The notes beneath the pieces are model-generated. The model worked only from the letters and a program-made list of their open reading frames with translations, was not told the DNA's origin and ran no database searches. DNA of 31,594 nt from Candidatus Sulfobium sp. (lineage in GTDB: Bacteria; Nitrospirota; Thermodesulfovibrionia; Thermodesulfovibrionales; UBA6898). The stretch spans positions 73,635 through 105,228 of the forward strand of contig JARRRI010000012.1 of NCBI GenBank assembly GCA_037380845.1, in the 5' to 3' direction. How positions within the stretch are numbered: position 1 is the stretch's first letter; every line of letters starts with the position of its first letter. Shown here in pieces: positions 1 through 9,483 of the stretch. A program made the position numbers and the translations under genes.

Positions 1-1721
1 TCCCTGGCATGAGCAATGTAATTGCGGCCGTCTTCCCGCAGGAGGCGGACACGTCTGTCGTTCATCCAGTCAGATGGGAAGTATTTCCGGATTACGTCGA
101 AAACAGCGGGTTCGATATCGACACAGTCGAGGCGATCGATGCTGTACATGAGGAAACGACTTGCTGTCTGGCCTGCGCCTGCGCCTACCAAAAGTACCGA
201 GTGAGGGTCCGAGCGGAGCAGCATCGGGACGTGTGCGGCAACTATCTGGTGGTTCTTTACATCCTGGCCCTGCCACAGCCGGTTGATCTCCAGAACCCTG
301 GTTCCCCATGGCCTTTGGATGACGGCCAGGTTCGAAGAAAGCCCTTCGCGGTGGGCGATAAGCCGGTCACCCTTCTTATTATTGACAAGGAAATCCGCAG
401 GGAGACGGGTGCCTGAGGCAATCGGCAGGACAAGCCAGACGATAAGCGAGGTCAGCGTTGCCGACCAGCGCAGCGTCGCCGGGAAATTTCGATCGAGCAT
501 GATCCAGGCGACTAATCCGCCGGCCAGACTGAGGCCGGTAGTAAATAGCAGGGTCGACTGTTGACCCAATAATGGAAGTAAGACGAAACCTACGGTCAGC
601 GAACCCGCGATCCCCCCCACGGTGTTAAGAGCGGACAGCTTCCCGACACTGACGCCCGCAAAAGCCGGGTCGTCAAGTACCATCCGGATGCCCAGTGGAA
701 AGGCAGCCCCGGATAAGACGGCGGGCGGCACGAGAAGTAAGAAGTAAGTCGTGAGGGGCAGCGGCTCGAAACGATACCAGAAACCGGCCGGTATTAACAT
801 GAGTCCCAGCGTTACCAGCCCTATGGCAGCCTGAAGTGAGCCGAACCAGAAGCCCCTCGATTTCGCACGGTCGAAGTGAAGGCCGGCGACAGCACTGCCC
901 AGAACAATACCCAGCAGTACTGCCGTGAGTGTGAGGGTGTATGTATAGACAGTGTTCCTTAAGAGCAAAGCAAGGTGTCGGGTCCAGAGCACCTCGTTAC
1001 CGAGAGCGACGAATCCGGTCAGAAAGAGAAGTGCAGAAACTGCGACATGGTTGGTCGTGGGAAGGATCCGGTTTTCCTTTTTTTCTGTCTTTGGCGAAGG
1101 CTGTGCGCGAAGGCCGAGAAAACCTGTGGCCAGAGCTACTGCAAGATCGAGCGAGGCTCCAACACAGATAGAGCCGAACATCCCGAGGGCGGGAAGCAAT
1201 ACCAGCCCGGTCGCTGCGCAGCCGATGGCAGCTCCCAGCGTGTTGACGCCGTAAAGAAGGCCGACAGAGCGGGCAATCCGGGACTCCTCATCCACGAATT
1301 GCCTGCAAAAAAGCGGAAGTGTTCCGCCCATCAGGACAGTGGGAGGGAGGAGGACTACGCAGACAAGCCCTATCCTGGCGAGCATCAGCAGGGCAAACTG
1401 CTCGCCGATTGCGCGATAGGCCATTCCATAAAGAGAGTCAAGTACTTGAAACGCGAGAGGACTTGCAAGCGCCAGTACTGCCACGGCAACTTCCATCAGT
1501 GCAAAGAGCCTCAGGGGACGGTCGATCCGCTGGGAGATGCGCCCGAACAAGTAACTTCCGAGCGAAATCCCGAGAAAGAAAACGGCGAGGATGGCGCTCA
1601 AGGCATAGCTTGTGGAACCAAAGACCAGCGAGGCACTCCGAATCCAGCACACTTCATAGATGAGACCGGCAGAGCCTGACAACAGGAAACATATGGTCGC
1701 AATGGCATTCTTTCGCTTCAT
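1..1721 (-). CDS. Fused multi-TM (MFS-like)/spermidine synthase-like SAM-binding protein, 3' end runs off the window
   Basis: Not in the ORF track because it has no stop in the window. Manual translation from ATG 1721 (GGAGG upstream) gives MKRKNAIATICFLLSGSAGLIYEVCWIRSASLVFGSTSYA, a second repeat GNEVLWTRHLALLLRNTVYTY, NTVGGIAGS, then the SAM-fold motifs VLLVGAGAGQT, DCVDIEP and EDGRNY. Confidence 0.88.
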   Translation of the reverse strand, partial: MKRKNAIATICFLLSGSAGLIYEVCWIRSASLVFGSTSYALSAILAVFFLGISLGSYLFGRISQRIDRPLRLFALMEVAVAVLALASPLAFQVLDSLYGMAYRAIGEQFALLMLARIGLVCVVLLPPTVLMGGTLPLFCRQFVDEESRIARSVGLLYGVNTLGAAIGCAATGLVLLPALGMFGSICVGASLDLAVALATGFLGLRAQPSPKTEKKENRILPTTNHVAVSALLFLTGFVALGNEVLWTRHLALLLRNTVYTYTLTLTAVLLGIVLGSAVAGLHFDRAKSRGFWFGSLQAAIGLVTLGLMLIPAGFWYRFEPLPLTTYFLLLVPPAVLSGAAFPLGIRMVLDDPAFAGVSVGKLSALNTVGGIAGSLTVGFVLLPLLGQQSTLLFTTGLSLAGGLVAWIMLDRNFPATLRWSATLTSLIVWLVLPIASGTRLPADFLVNNKKGDRLIAHREGLSSNLAVIQRPWGTRVLEINRLWQGQDVKNHQIVAAHVPMLLRSDPHSVLLVGAGAGQTASRFLMYSIDRLDCVDIEPAVFDVIRKYFPSDWMNDRRVRLLREDGRNYIAHAR

Positions 1722-1898
1722 CCCCCCTCCATCAGATCCCTGATCAAAGTTGGTCGAAGAACTCCTGTGCAGCATCATATTCCACGGGACACAAAATGCG
1801 ACTCATCACCTGAAACAAGATCACAAATTCTGTTCTCTCCGATCCACTATTATACAGATAAGACAGCCTTCCCGGGTGAACGCAATTTGTGCATTGTG

Positions 1899-1907
1899 TG
1901 ATAGAAT
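1899..1907 (+). promoter_or_regulatory. Extended -10 element (TGnTAGAAT) for the cyclophilin-like gene
   Basis: TGATAGAAT ends 9 nt before ATG 1917; no Shine-Dalgarno is present. Confidence 0.5.
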
Positions 1908-1916
1908 GACATTTAT

Positions 1917-2291
1917 ATGCCTGACCGGATAAAGATCATCATTGGGAATGTTGTTCTGGATGCCGAGCTCTTCGACACCCACACTGCAACGTCCATCGCC
2001 GCTGCGCTGCCTATCGAAACCGAACCCGGAGAGTGGGGTGAGGAATTTTATTTTGAGATCCCGGTCAGGCTGCCTCTGGATGAGACGGCGACAAGCAAGG
2101 TTTCCGTGGGGGACATAGGGTACTGGCCGCCCGGGAATGCCCTTGCACTGTTCTTCGGTCCGACGCCCATGAGTAGCGGTCGCGAACCGGTACCTGCAAG
2201 TGCGGTGAATCTCGTCGGAAAGATCACCGGCGATGCGACCCTTCTCAGAAGCGCCAAGGGCGCAACCCGAATCCGGATAGAGAGGGCGTGA
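1917..2291 (+). CDS. Cyclophilin-like fold protein (DUF369/TM1367-like)
   Basis: Motifs WGEEFYFEIP and GDIGYWPPGNALALFFGPTP, 124 aa. Confidence 0.85.
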   Translation: MPDRIKIIIGNVVLDAELFDTHTATSIAAALPIETEPGEWGEEFYFEIPVRLPLDETATSKVSVGDIGYWPPGNALALFFGPTPMSSGREPVPASAVNLVGKITGDATLLRSAKGATRIRIERA

Positions 2292-2322
2292 TCCGATTTA
2301 TCTTCAGGCGGAACCCGTCCCC

Positions 2323-3333
2323 TCAGCTGACCTTCACACATATCTTGCCGAAGTGCGCCCCCTGTTCCATGTAGCGTAAGGCTTCTTTTACCTCATTGAA
2401 CGGAAAAACGCGGTCTACCACGGGACGGAGACGGGCGGCCGAGACTGCGCGGTTCATTGTCTCGAACATAGCCCGTGAACCGACGAAGATGCCCTGTACG
2501 CAGATCTTCCTCATCACTATGGGACGGGGGTTTATTTCCCCCTCTGCGCCGGTCAGTACGCCTATCAGGCTTATCCGCCCACCCCTTCGGACCGCCCCGA
2601 GGGACTGCGGCAATGTGCCTGCCCCCCCTACCTCGACGACGAGGTCCACCCCGGCGCCTCCGCTGAGTTCCCTGGCCCTTTCTCCCCACTGGGCTACAGA
2701 GCGGTAATTGATACCGGCGGCTGCTCCCAGTTTTTTTGCCCTGTCGATTTTTTCGTCCCTGCTCGAGGTAATGATCACTGTCGCCCCTGCCAGACGAGCG
2801 AACTGGAGAGCGAAGATCGAGACACCTCCGGTGCCCAGCAGAAGGACAGTTTCCCCCGGTTTAAGTCCCTGCAGGACCGTGGCATGCCAGGCAGTTACCC
2901 CGGCACAGGGAAGGGCGGCGGCTTCTTCGTAGGAGAGGTGACCGGGCAGGGGGACAACTCCGTCTTCGTCGAGGACGACATACTCGGCCAACATTCCGCC
3001 CCTTTCTCCGCCCAGCGCGGACTTCGCACCCGCCGAGGTCAGTTCTCCCGCCAGCCATGACTGCATGAAGATACCCGCAACCCTGTCGCCCTCCTTTACC
3101 CGGCTCACACCCTCACCGACTGCAACGACATCCCCCGCGCCGTCTGAAAACGGGACCAGAGGCAAGGGGAGTTTGGGGTTATAAAGACCTTTCACCATCA
3201 GCAGGTCCCGGTAGTTCAAAGATATTGCTCGTATTTTCACCAGTACCTGACCATGAGCGGGAGCGGGTTCAGGCCGCTCGGCAGGTTTCAGATTGTCCAG
3301 TCCGAAGGCGCCCCTGATCTCGAAAACCTTCAT
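2323..3333 (-). CDS. NAD(P)-dependent medium-chain (zinc-ADH-like, quinone-reductase-type) oxidoreductase
   Basis: SLNYRDL, PFSDGAG, LPCAGVTAW, GTGGVS and HFGKI motifs. Start MKVFEI at 3333 has AAGGAG upstream. Confidence 0.9.
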   Translation of the reverse strand: MKVFEIRGAFGLDNLKPAERPEPAPAHGQVLVKIRAISLNYRDLLMVKGLYNPKLPLPLVPFSDGAGDVVAVGEGVSRVKEGDRVAGIFMQSWLAGELTSAGAKSALGGERGGMLAEYVVLDEDGVVPLPGHLSYEEAAALPCAGVTAWHATVLQGLKPGETVLLLGTGGVSIFALQFARLAGATVIITSSRDEKIDRAKKLGAAAGINYRSVAQWGERARELSGGAGVDLVVEVGGAGTLPQSLGAVRRGGRISLIGVLTGAEGEINPRPIVMRKICVQGIFVGSRAMFETMNRAVSAARLRPVVDRVFPFNEVKEALRYMEQGAHFGKICVKVS

Positions 3334-3806
3334 AACATTTCTCCTTTCGCAAGGCAATTGGTGCCGGTCATCAGTGTCTGTGTCAGGGATTAGTCATGGC
3401 AAAGGACAAAGAATATTGAAAAGAGGGTACTAATCACTGAGCTGACACTAAAGAGACCTTCTCTCTTCAGACTTTACCATGGTCAGCTCCGGCTTTCCAT
3501 TGGTACCGGGGAAAACCTCTGAATAATTCCGGTAATATTTCCGGTGAGGGAGTCCTGTTTCCACTATTAGCTTTCGCCGGATTCGAACTGTTGAGAATGA
3601 AAGAACCTTAATCCCTCCTTAATGTGAGATTAATTTTGGACTAATAGAATTATTGAAACGAAAGCCTGTAGTGGGGCAGGTGAATCAGGAAACCGTCCGA
3701 ACGATCTGAAGATTCGCTGCTCTGCAGCTAACGCTTAATTCCGGGTCTGTGTGCGGGCCTGTGTCTGTCTTCATGTATATCTGTTTATTCCACATGCAAC
3801 GGCAAG

Positions 3807-3832
3807 GTAAAGAATTGTAAAGGCGAGGTAAA
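3807..3832 (+). promoter_or_regulatory. Three GTAAA direct repeats (GTAAA-N5-GTAAA-N6-GTAAA), CpxR/OmpR-family-like box
   Basis: GTAAA at 3807, 3817 and 3828, about 110 bp upstream of the DUF3300 gene. Confidence 0.5.
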
Positions 3833-3942
3833 GTCTGTTGCGGCATTCATCGTGGAGTGAGATAATTTGAGCAGATGATGACGATTCAAGGTCTATTGTT
3901 GGTACACAACCCCGAGTATGAGGCATCCGGAAAGGAGGCGAT

Positions 3943-5286
3943 ATGAGGGCTGCAGAAATTCTTAAGAGGGGACTGGCACTGGTAATTGTCCTGATGCTTG
4001 CCCTTCCTCCAGCGGCAATGGCTCAGGACTCGGCAGAAACGTCCGGGCCGGTCGAATTTACGCGAGAAGAGCTGGCTCAGATGCTTGCGCCGATTGCCCT
4101 TTATCCTGATTCACTGATAGCCTCGATACTCATGGCATCGACATACCCGGTGGAAGTCGTAGAAGCCGAACGCTGGCTGAAACAGAACGAGGACCTCGCG
4201 GACGACGAACTCGATCGGTTGCTTCAGGAAAAGAGCTGGGATTCCAGCGTGAAAACCCTTTGTCATTTCCCCAAGGTCCTTTATGCGATGAGCGACGACC
4301 TTGAGAGGACGACGAGACTGGGAGATGCCTTCCTGGGCCAGCAGGATGACGTCATGAACATGATACAGGAACTGCGAAGGAGGGCAAGGGACGAAGGGAA
4401 CCTCAGTACAACAAGAGAGCAGAGAGTAGTTGTCGAGCAGGGCGTAGTCCAGATCGAGCCGGCTGTTCCGGATGTCATTTATGTCCCGGTATACAATCCG
4501 CTGTATGTATACGGCCCCTGGTGGTACCCGGCTTATCCTCCATATTACTGGTATTACCCCGCCGCCGGCATTATAGCGAGCAGTTTTATAAGCTTCGGGT
4601 TCGGGATTGTTGTCGGCGCAGGCATATCGTCCTGGTGCTGGCCTGATTGGCACCGTCACAGAATCGACATAGATATTCACAAGACGAGGCGGTTCAACAG
4701 GTTCGACAGGGGAAGATGGAACTTAAACAGGCATGTCTGGAGACATAACCCGGTTCACAGGCGGGGTGCCGCTTACAGATTCAGCACGACGCGCCGACGT
4801 TTTGGAGAACAGATTCCCAGGATGTCCAGGATCAGACCGGAGACCCGGGGATATGAAGGCGCCAGACGGGCTCTGCCTTCCAGAGGGACGATCCGGAGGC
4901 GTCAGGTCCCCGGGCAGGCAACACAACCGCCTTTCCGAGGGACGATCCAAAGACGGGAGACCCCAAGGCGGGTAACACAGCCTTTCCGGGGCACGATCCA
5001 GAGGCCGGAAGCTCCCCGGCCGTCGACACAACCTTCCCGCGGTATAATTCAAAGACGGCAGGCTCCCGTAACGGGAACTTACAGGAGATCTCCTGTGCAA
5101 CCATCCCGTGGGAATATCTTCCAGGGAGTCGGCCAGGGCAATTTTGAGCGAAGGTCAAGCCGGCGAGGGTTCCAGAGCAGGCAGAGCGGCCGGCAGTCGC
5201 TTGTTCCGGGCGGAGGCGGGATCCGGAGAGGCAGCCCTGCCGGTGGGACGCGGGGTGGCGGACGCAGTGGAGGCTCCCGCAGATAA
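3943..5286 (+). CDS. DUF3300 domain protein with signal peptide and Arg/Gly-rich repetitive tail
   Basis: LAQMLAPIALYPDSL, ASTYP, WDSSVK, LGDAFL and IYVPVYNP motifs; AAGGAGG RBS; AMA-Q signal cleavage site. Confidence 0.9.
   Translation: MRAAEILKRGLALVIVLMLALPPAAMAQDSAETSGPVEFTREELAQMLAPIALYPDSLIASILMASTYPVEVVEAERWLKQNEDLADDELDRLLQEKSWDSSVKTLCHFPKVLYAMSDDLERTTRLGDAFLGQQDDVMNMIQELRRRARDEGNLSTTREQRVVVEQGVVQIEPAVPDVIYVPVYNPLYVYGPWWYPAYPPYYWYYPAAGIIASSFISFGFGIVVGAGISSWCWPDWHRHRIDIDIHKTRRFNRFDRGRWNLNRHVWRHNPVHRRGAAYRFSTTRRRFGEQIPRMSRIRPETRGYEGARRALPSRGTIRRRQVPGQATQPPFRGTIQRRETPRRVTQPFRGTIQRPEAPRPSTQPSRGIIQRRQAPVTGTYRRSPVQPSRGNIFQGVGQGNFERRSSRRGFQSRQSGRQSLVPGGGGIRRGSPAGGTRGGGRSGGSRR
4876..5118 (+). 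repeat. Imperfect in-frame tandem repeat, about 5 units of 51-69 bp, encoding P(S/F)RG(T/I/N)I
   Basis: Units begin at 4876, 4930, 4981, 5032 and 5101 (PSRGTIRRR, PFRGTIQRR, PFRGTIQRP, PSRGIIQRR, PSRGNIFQ). Confidence 0.85.
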
Positions 5287-5330
5287 ATTCGCAGACGCCG
5301 ATATGAAAAGATAGGGGACGGAGGAAAGGG

Positions 5331-6305
5331 ATGAAGATAATTATACCTTCTAAGGAAAATGCTTCAATCTGTCTGTTTGCGGCGGGCGTTGTCATAGCCG
5401 TAGCCCTGGTAGGCTGGGCCTTTTCGCCTTCGTTTGCCTGGAGCGCGAAGCAGCGGAGCTTCGATTCACCTGAGAAAGCCGTGAAGGCCCTTGTATCTGC
5501 CGTCAGAGCGGACGACGAGAAACAGATGCTGTCTATTCTCGGACCCGGCAGCGAAGAACTGATATCTTCCGGCGACGAGGCTGCAGACAGGGCCGGGCGA
5601 CAAAAATTTATCAGGTCTTATGCCTTGAAGAACAGGATCGAGAAAGTATCTCCCGGCAAGGCGGTCCTCCACGTCGGCAAGGACGACTGGGCGATGCCTA
5701 TACCGATCGTGGAAAGAGATAACAGATGGTTGTTCGATTCAAAGGCCGGGAGGGAGGAAATTCTGGACCGGAGGATAGGCAGGAACGAGTTGAATGTTGT
5801 GGAGGTCCTTCGCGCTTCTGTGGCTGCGGAATATGCATATGCCGACGAAGACCGCAGCGCCGGGGGGTGCGGTCAATTCGCCCGGAAGATAGTCAGCACT
5901 CCGGGTAAACATGACGGCCTTTACTGGGAGGCAAAAGAGGGTGAGAAGATGAGCCCGCTCGGTCCCCTGGTCGCACAGGCGTCCAGGGAGGGGTACGCCG
6001 GCAATACAGGCGAGATAACACTTTCCCCGTTTCATGGCTATTTCTTCAGGATACTCAAAGGACAGGGGAAAGACGCCAGGGGAGGCGCATACGACTATGT
6101 GGTCAAGGGCAAAATGATCCTGGGCTTCGGGCTTGTAGCTTATCCCGCCCAGTATGGGAACTCGGGCGTCATGACCTTCATGGTGAACCAGGGAGGAGTA
6201 ATTTACCAAAAAAATCTGGGAAGAGACACCATCAGGATAGCGGAGTCCATGAAGGTGTTCAATCCCGACAAGACATGGAAGAAGTTCGAGGAAAAACGAA
6301 AGTGA
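5331..6305 (+). CDS. DUF2950 family exported protein
   Basis: F.SPE.AV.AL, RRIGRNEL, GKHDGLYW, PFHGYFFRIL and AYPAQYGNSGVMTFMVN motifs; usual partner of DUF3300. Confidence 0.9.
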   Translation: MKIIIPSKENASICLFAAGVVIAVALVGWAFSPSFAWSAKQRSFDSPEKAVKALVSAVRADDEKQMLSILGPGSEELISSGDEAADRAGRQKFIRSYALKNRIEKVSPGKAVLHVGKDDWAMPIPIVERDNRWLFDSKAGREEILDRRIGRNELNVVEVLRASVAAEYAYADEDRSAGGCGQFARKIVSTPGKHDGLYWEAKEGEKMSPLGPLVAQASREGYAGNTGEITLSPFHGYFFRILKGQGKDARGGAYDYVVKGKMILGFGLVAYPAQYGNSGVMTFMVNQGGVIYQKNLGRDTIRIAESMKVFNPDKTWKKFEEKRK

Positions 6306-6346
6306 CCAGACGGCGGCAATACGGCCTTAAGTTGAGAAACGCTGCC

Positions 6347-7297
6347 CTACCACAGCCTCTTGCGTGTTACCCTGTTGTCGAGCCTTGTGATGCCTTCTTC
6401 CAGGGCTGCCGTTAAAGCATCTTCATACTCGGAAGCGGTTATGCTCCGGTCCAGCGGCGCATAGCGACAGGCGTTGCCGCATGGCCGGTATTGGCCCATG
6501 ATATTGACATAAGTTTCGGGTGAGACCTCGCGGGCTACGAACCTCATGATCTCCCGCGTTCCGGCTGCCCCTCCAGGCATAACCAGATGTCTCAGAAGAA
6601 CCCCTCTTCGGGCTATCCCCTCTTCATCCAGGATGAGGTCACCGACCTGGCGGTGCATTTCTTTTAAAGCCTCGCGGGCCCTCTGGGGATAATCCGGGGC
6701 CTTCAGATACTTGAGCGACATCCCGCTGTCCCAGAACTTGAAATCGGGCATGTAGATGTCGAAAATGCCGTCCAAAAGCCTTATGCTTTCAACGGAATCG
6801 TAGGCGCTCGTATTGTAGACCAGAGGCACTTTCAAGCCATCCTCGACGGCATAGCTCAACGCATCCAGTATCTGGGGGACAACATGAGTCGGGGTGACGA
6901 AATTGATGTTATGACATCCCTCTCTCTGGAGTTCAAGCATCATCCCGGAGAGCCCCTTCGGTCCGACTTCCCTGCCTTCGCCCAAATGGCTGATTTCCCA
7001 GTTCTGGCAGAATACGCAGAGAAGGTTGCAGTTGGTGAAGAAAATAGTCCCTGCCCCATGAGTCCCTACCAGAGGATCTTCTTCACCAAAATGCGGGCTA
7101 TAGCTCGAAACCATGGCCAGTCGTCCGGTACGGCATATCCCCCGTTCATCCTCCAGCCTGTTAACTTCACAATTCCTTGGGCAGAGACGGCAGTTCTTCA
7201 GTATCCCATGAAAAGCCTCAGCGGATTGCGCCAGTTTCCCTGTCTCGAAGGCCCTTATATATGACGGCAAAAAAGACAAATATCCATCCTCCACCAC
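6347..7297 (-). CDS. Radical SAM protein, PflX-like (pyruvate formate lyase activating enzyme-like)
   Basis: CRLCPRNC, HFGEE, CNLLCVFCQN (CxxxCxxC), HNINFVTPTH, DIYMPDFKF and RHLVMP. Confidence 0.9.
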   Translation of the reverse strand: MVEDGYLSFLPSYIRAFETGKLAQSAEAFHGILKNCRLCPRNCEVNRLEDERGICRTGRLAMVSSYSPHFGEEDPLVGTHGAGTIFFTNCNLLCVFCQNWEISHLGEGREVGPKGLSGMMLELQREGCHNINFVTPTHVVPQILDALSYAVEDGLKVPLVYNTSAYDSVESIRLLDGIFDIYMPDFKFWDSGMSLKYLKAPDYPQRAREALKEMHRQVGDLILDEEGIARRGVLLRHLVMPGGAAGTREIMRFVAREVSPETYVNIMGQYRPCGNACRYAPLDRSITASEYEDALTAALEEGITRLDNRVTRKRLW

Positions 7298-7309
7298 GAC
7301 GAACGCTTC

Positions 7310-8326
7310 CTATTCCATGCCGAGCACCTTCGTTATCTCGTCCCTGTCAAAGACAGACAGGTCTGAAAGCCTGCCACCCCTTCTTTTTATCTTCACCCCG
7401 CGTTCCTTCGGCAGGACCCGGCCTATCCTCGATGCCGGCACGCCCCTGCTGTCTAATGCCCTCAGGATCCTGTCGCTGTCGCGCGGGTTTGTCATGACAA
7501 GCAATGACCCCGAGGCTATGAGACCTAGAGGATCCAGACCATAGTGCCGGCAGATGTACTCACACTCTGGCAAAACGGGGATACGTTCTTCTTCCACCGT
7601 CAACCCGACCCGTGCGGCCCTTGCAATCTCGCGGAGGCCGGTCGCCAGCCCCCCTTCTGTCGGGTCGTGCATGGAGTGAATATCTCCATTTTGCACGGCG
7701 ATTTCGGCGTCCCTTAGCACACTGATGCCGGGCCGCTCCGCAAAGCCCCTGCATTTCCGGACGAAGGCCGGGCCAAAGACGGCTTCCAGCTCCCTTGCCC
7801 TTCGGCGGGCGATGACCGACACGCCTTCGATTGCTATTGCCTTAGTAAGAATTATGTCGTCCCCGGGCTTTGCACCACCTGTCGTAACAAGTCTGTCTTT
7901 TTTGACATCACCGACCATCGCTCCGGTCACAATGACCCTGTCGATTCCCGGAGAAATCTCCGTATGTCCCCCGCAGAGAGAAATGCCGGACTCTCTGCAG
8001 GCGGATGAGAGCTGCCGGAATATCTCCTCCACCAGTTCTTCAGTGGCATGACCTTCAGGCAGCAGGATTGTTGCAAGGAACCAGAGGGGCCTGCCTCCCA
8101 TGGCAGCTATGTCGTTGGCATTGATCCTTACCGTGTAAGCGCCTATGTCTTCGGCTACAAATGTTATAGGGTCCGTTTTCAGGAGAAGATACCTGTCGCC
8201 AATGTCTACGGCCGCCGCATCCTCCCCGACGGACGGGCCGACCTTGACCCTCTCGTCTGAAACCGCGTAGGACTCAAGCATCTTCGCGAGTATGTCGGGC
8301 GGCAGCTTTCCAGCAGGCAGCAACAT
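7310..8326 (-). CDS. AIR synthase/HypE-like (PurM superfamily) protein
   Basis: Likely start MLLPAGKLP at 8326. Motifs GEDAAA, KTDPIT, NANDIAAMG, GGHTE and MHDPTEGGL. The ORF-track extension to 8743 overlaps tauE and is probably spurious. Confidence 0.85.
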   Translation of the reverse strand: MLLPAGKLPPDILAKMLESYAVSDERVKVGPSVGEDAAAVDIGDRYLLLKTDPITFVAEDIGAYTVRINANDIAAMGGRPLWFLATILLPEGHATEELVEEIFRQLSSACRESGISLCGGHTEISPGIDRVIVTGAMVGDVKKDRLVTTGGAKPGDDIILTKAIAIEGVSVIARRRARELEAVFGPAFVRKCRGFAERPGISVLRDAEIAVQNGDIHSMHDPTEGGLATGLREIARAARVGLTVEEERIPVLPECEYICRHYGLDPLGLIASGSLLVMTNPRDSDRILRALDSRGVPASRIGRVLPKERGVKIKRRGGRLSDLSVFDRDEITKVLGME

Positions 8327-8451
8327 AGACTTTCCTTGGCGTCGGTGTCTCAACCCCGGTTTTTTAAGATATGCTTCATCCTCTGCCGGCGCGTTCAGTG
8401 ACAGCAGATTTTCGCTCAAATACCTCTTTTTTATACTATAACACCTGAAAT

Positions 8452-9483
8452 CTAAAGAAAAAACAATATGATGTATCTCAGGGCGACGTAAAGTATGAGG
8501 ATGCCGAGCATGGCCTTGATGATCTTTTGTGGCATATATTTCTGGAACCTCGCGCCCAGGTAAATGCCCGCAAAGCCGCCGGCCCCGAACAGGAAGCCCA
8601 GCATCCAGTCCGGCGAGGTGGCAAGCCCGCTCTTCAGCGGAACTGTGGTGTAAAAGGCGATGCCGGCGATCGAGGTCAGGAAGGTGCTCAGGAGGGCCGC
8701 CCCGGCGACCGTATACACCGGCAAATGAAATACGGCGACACATACCGGCGCTATGATTGCGCCTCCCCCTATACCGTAGGCCCCGCCGATTGTGCCGACA
8801 ACAAAAGCGAGCATGAACATCGAAGGGGTGCTGAAGGAGAACGTTTCACCCCGGAACTCGTATTCCACTTTCGTGGCGGAGAAGGAAATCGTCTTCACCA
8901 CCGCCTCCGGAGGCAACTTCGCCCTGGGCCTGGAGATGAAGGAAGACCAGCCGGCAATGAGTGGACGGTTGCACGCATCGTCGGCCTCAGGCGTACGGGA
9001 TGGCTTCGAGAGGGCCGCCCAGGGTCTGAATTTGTCGTCAAGAGCGGTCCCTCCAGACTTTGAGTGGACGACTTTTCCGGCAAGCTCGTACAACAAACGG
9101 ATAGCAATATAAAGCAGCACACACCCGACAAAGAGCTTGAACGTACGCGGGTCCGGCAGAAAAGCCACACGCAGATAGTAACCTATGAAAACCCCGGGGA
9201 GCGTCCCTGTTGCCAGTACGATTGTCAGAGGCCAGGCCATTCTGCCCTCCCTGATGAAACGGCATACTCCGCTCGGTATGGCGACTACGTTATAAAGAAA
9301 ATTCGTGGAGCTTACGGCAGGGCTCGTGAAATTGAGATAACTCATCTGAAAGGGCAGCAGCAGGAACGCTCCGGATACCCCGCCCATGGAGGTGAAGAAG
9401 GACAGAACAAACGCCACAAGAGGAGGGATGAAGGCATAGGTCTTAACACCGGAGACAGGGAACATCATATAAAACAAATCCAT
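8452..9483 (-). CDS. Sulfite exporter TauE/SafE family membrane protein
   Basis: FFTSMGGVSGAFLLLPFQ and GGAYGIGGGAIIAP repeats, multiple TM segments; GAGG upstream of ATG 9483. Confidence 0.88.
   Translation of the reverse strand: MDLFYMMFPVSGVKTYAFIPPLVAFVLSFFTSMGGVSGAFLLLPFQMSYLNFTSPAVSSTNFLYNVVAIPSGVCRFIREGRMAWPLTIVLATGTLPGVFIGYYLRVAFLPDPRTFKLFVGCVLLYIAIRLLYELAGKVVHSKSGGTALDDKFRPWAALSKPSRTPEADDACNRPLIAGWSSFISRPRAKLPPEAVVKTISFSATKVEYEFRGETFSFSTPSMFMLAFVVGTIGGAYGIGGGAIIAPVCVAVFHLPVYTVAGAALLSTFLTSIAGIAFYTTVPLKSGLATSPDWMLGFLFGAGGFAGIYLGARFQKYMPQKIIKAMLGILILYVALRYIILFFL

Noticed and set aside
9..1679. Plus-strand ORFs 9-416, 975-1679 and neighbours
   Set aside because: They are antisense shadows of the minus-strand membrane/spermidine-synthase-like gene.
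3467..3620. Possible decayed flavodoxin-like gene on the minus strand (AAGGAGG then IKVL / ILNSS...KAGAD in shifted frames)
   Set aside because: No valid start codon, and the similarity is too weak to support without a tBLASTn search.
4876..5118. Spaced repeats as CRISPR or DGR template/variable repeats
   Set aside because: They are in-frame coding repeats with synonymous divergence. No cas or reverse transcriptase gene is present and there is no adenine-specific variation.
8327..8743. N-terminal extension of the 477-aa ORF
   Set aside because: It overlaps tauE in another frame. Family similarity starts at MLLPAGKLP (8326).
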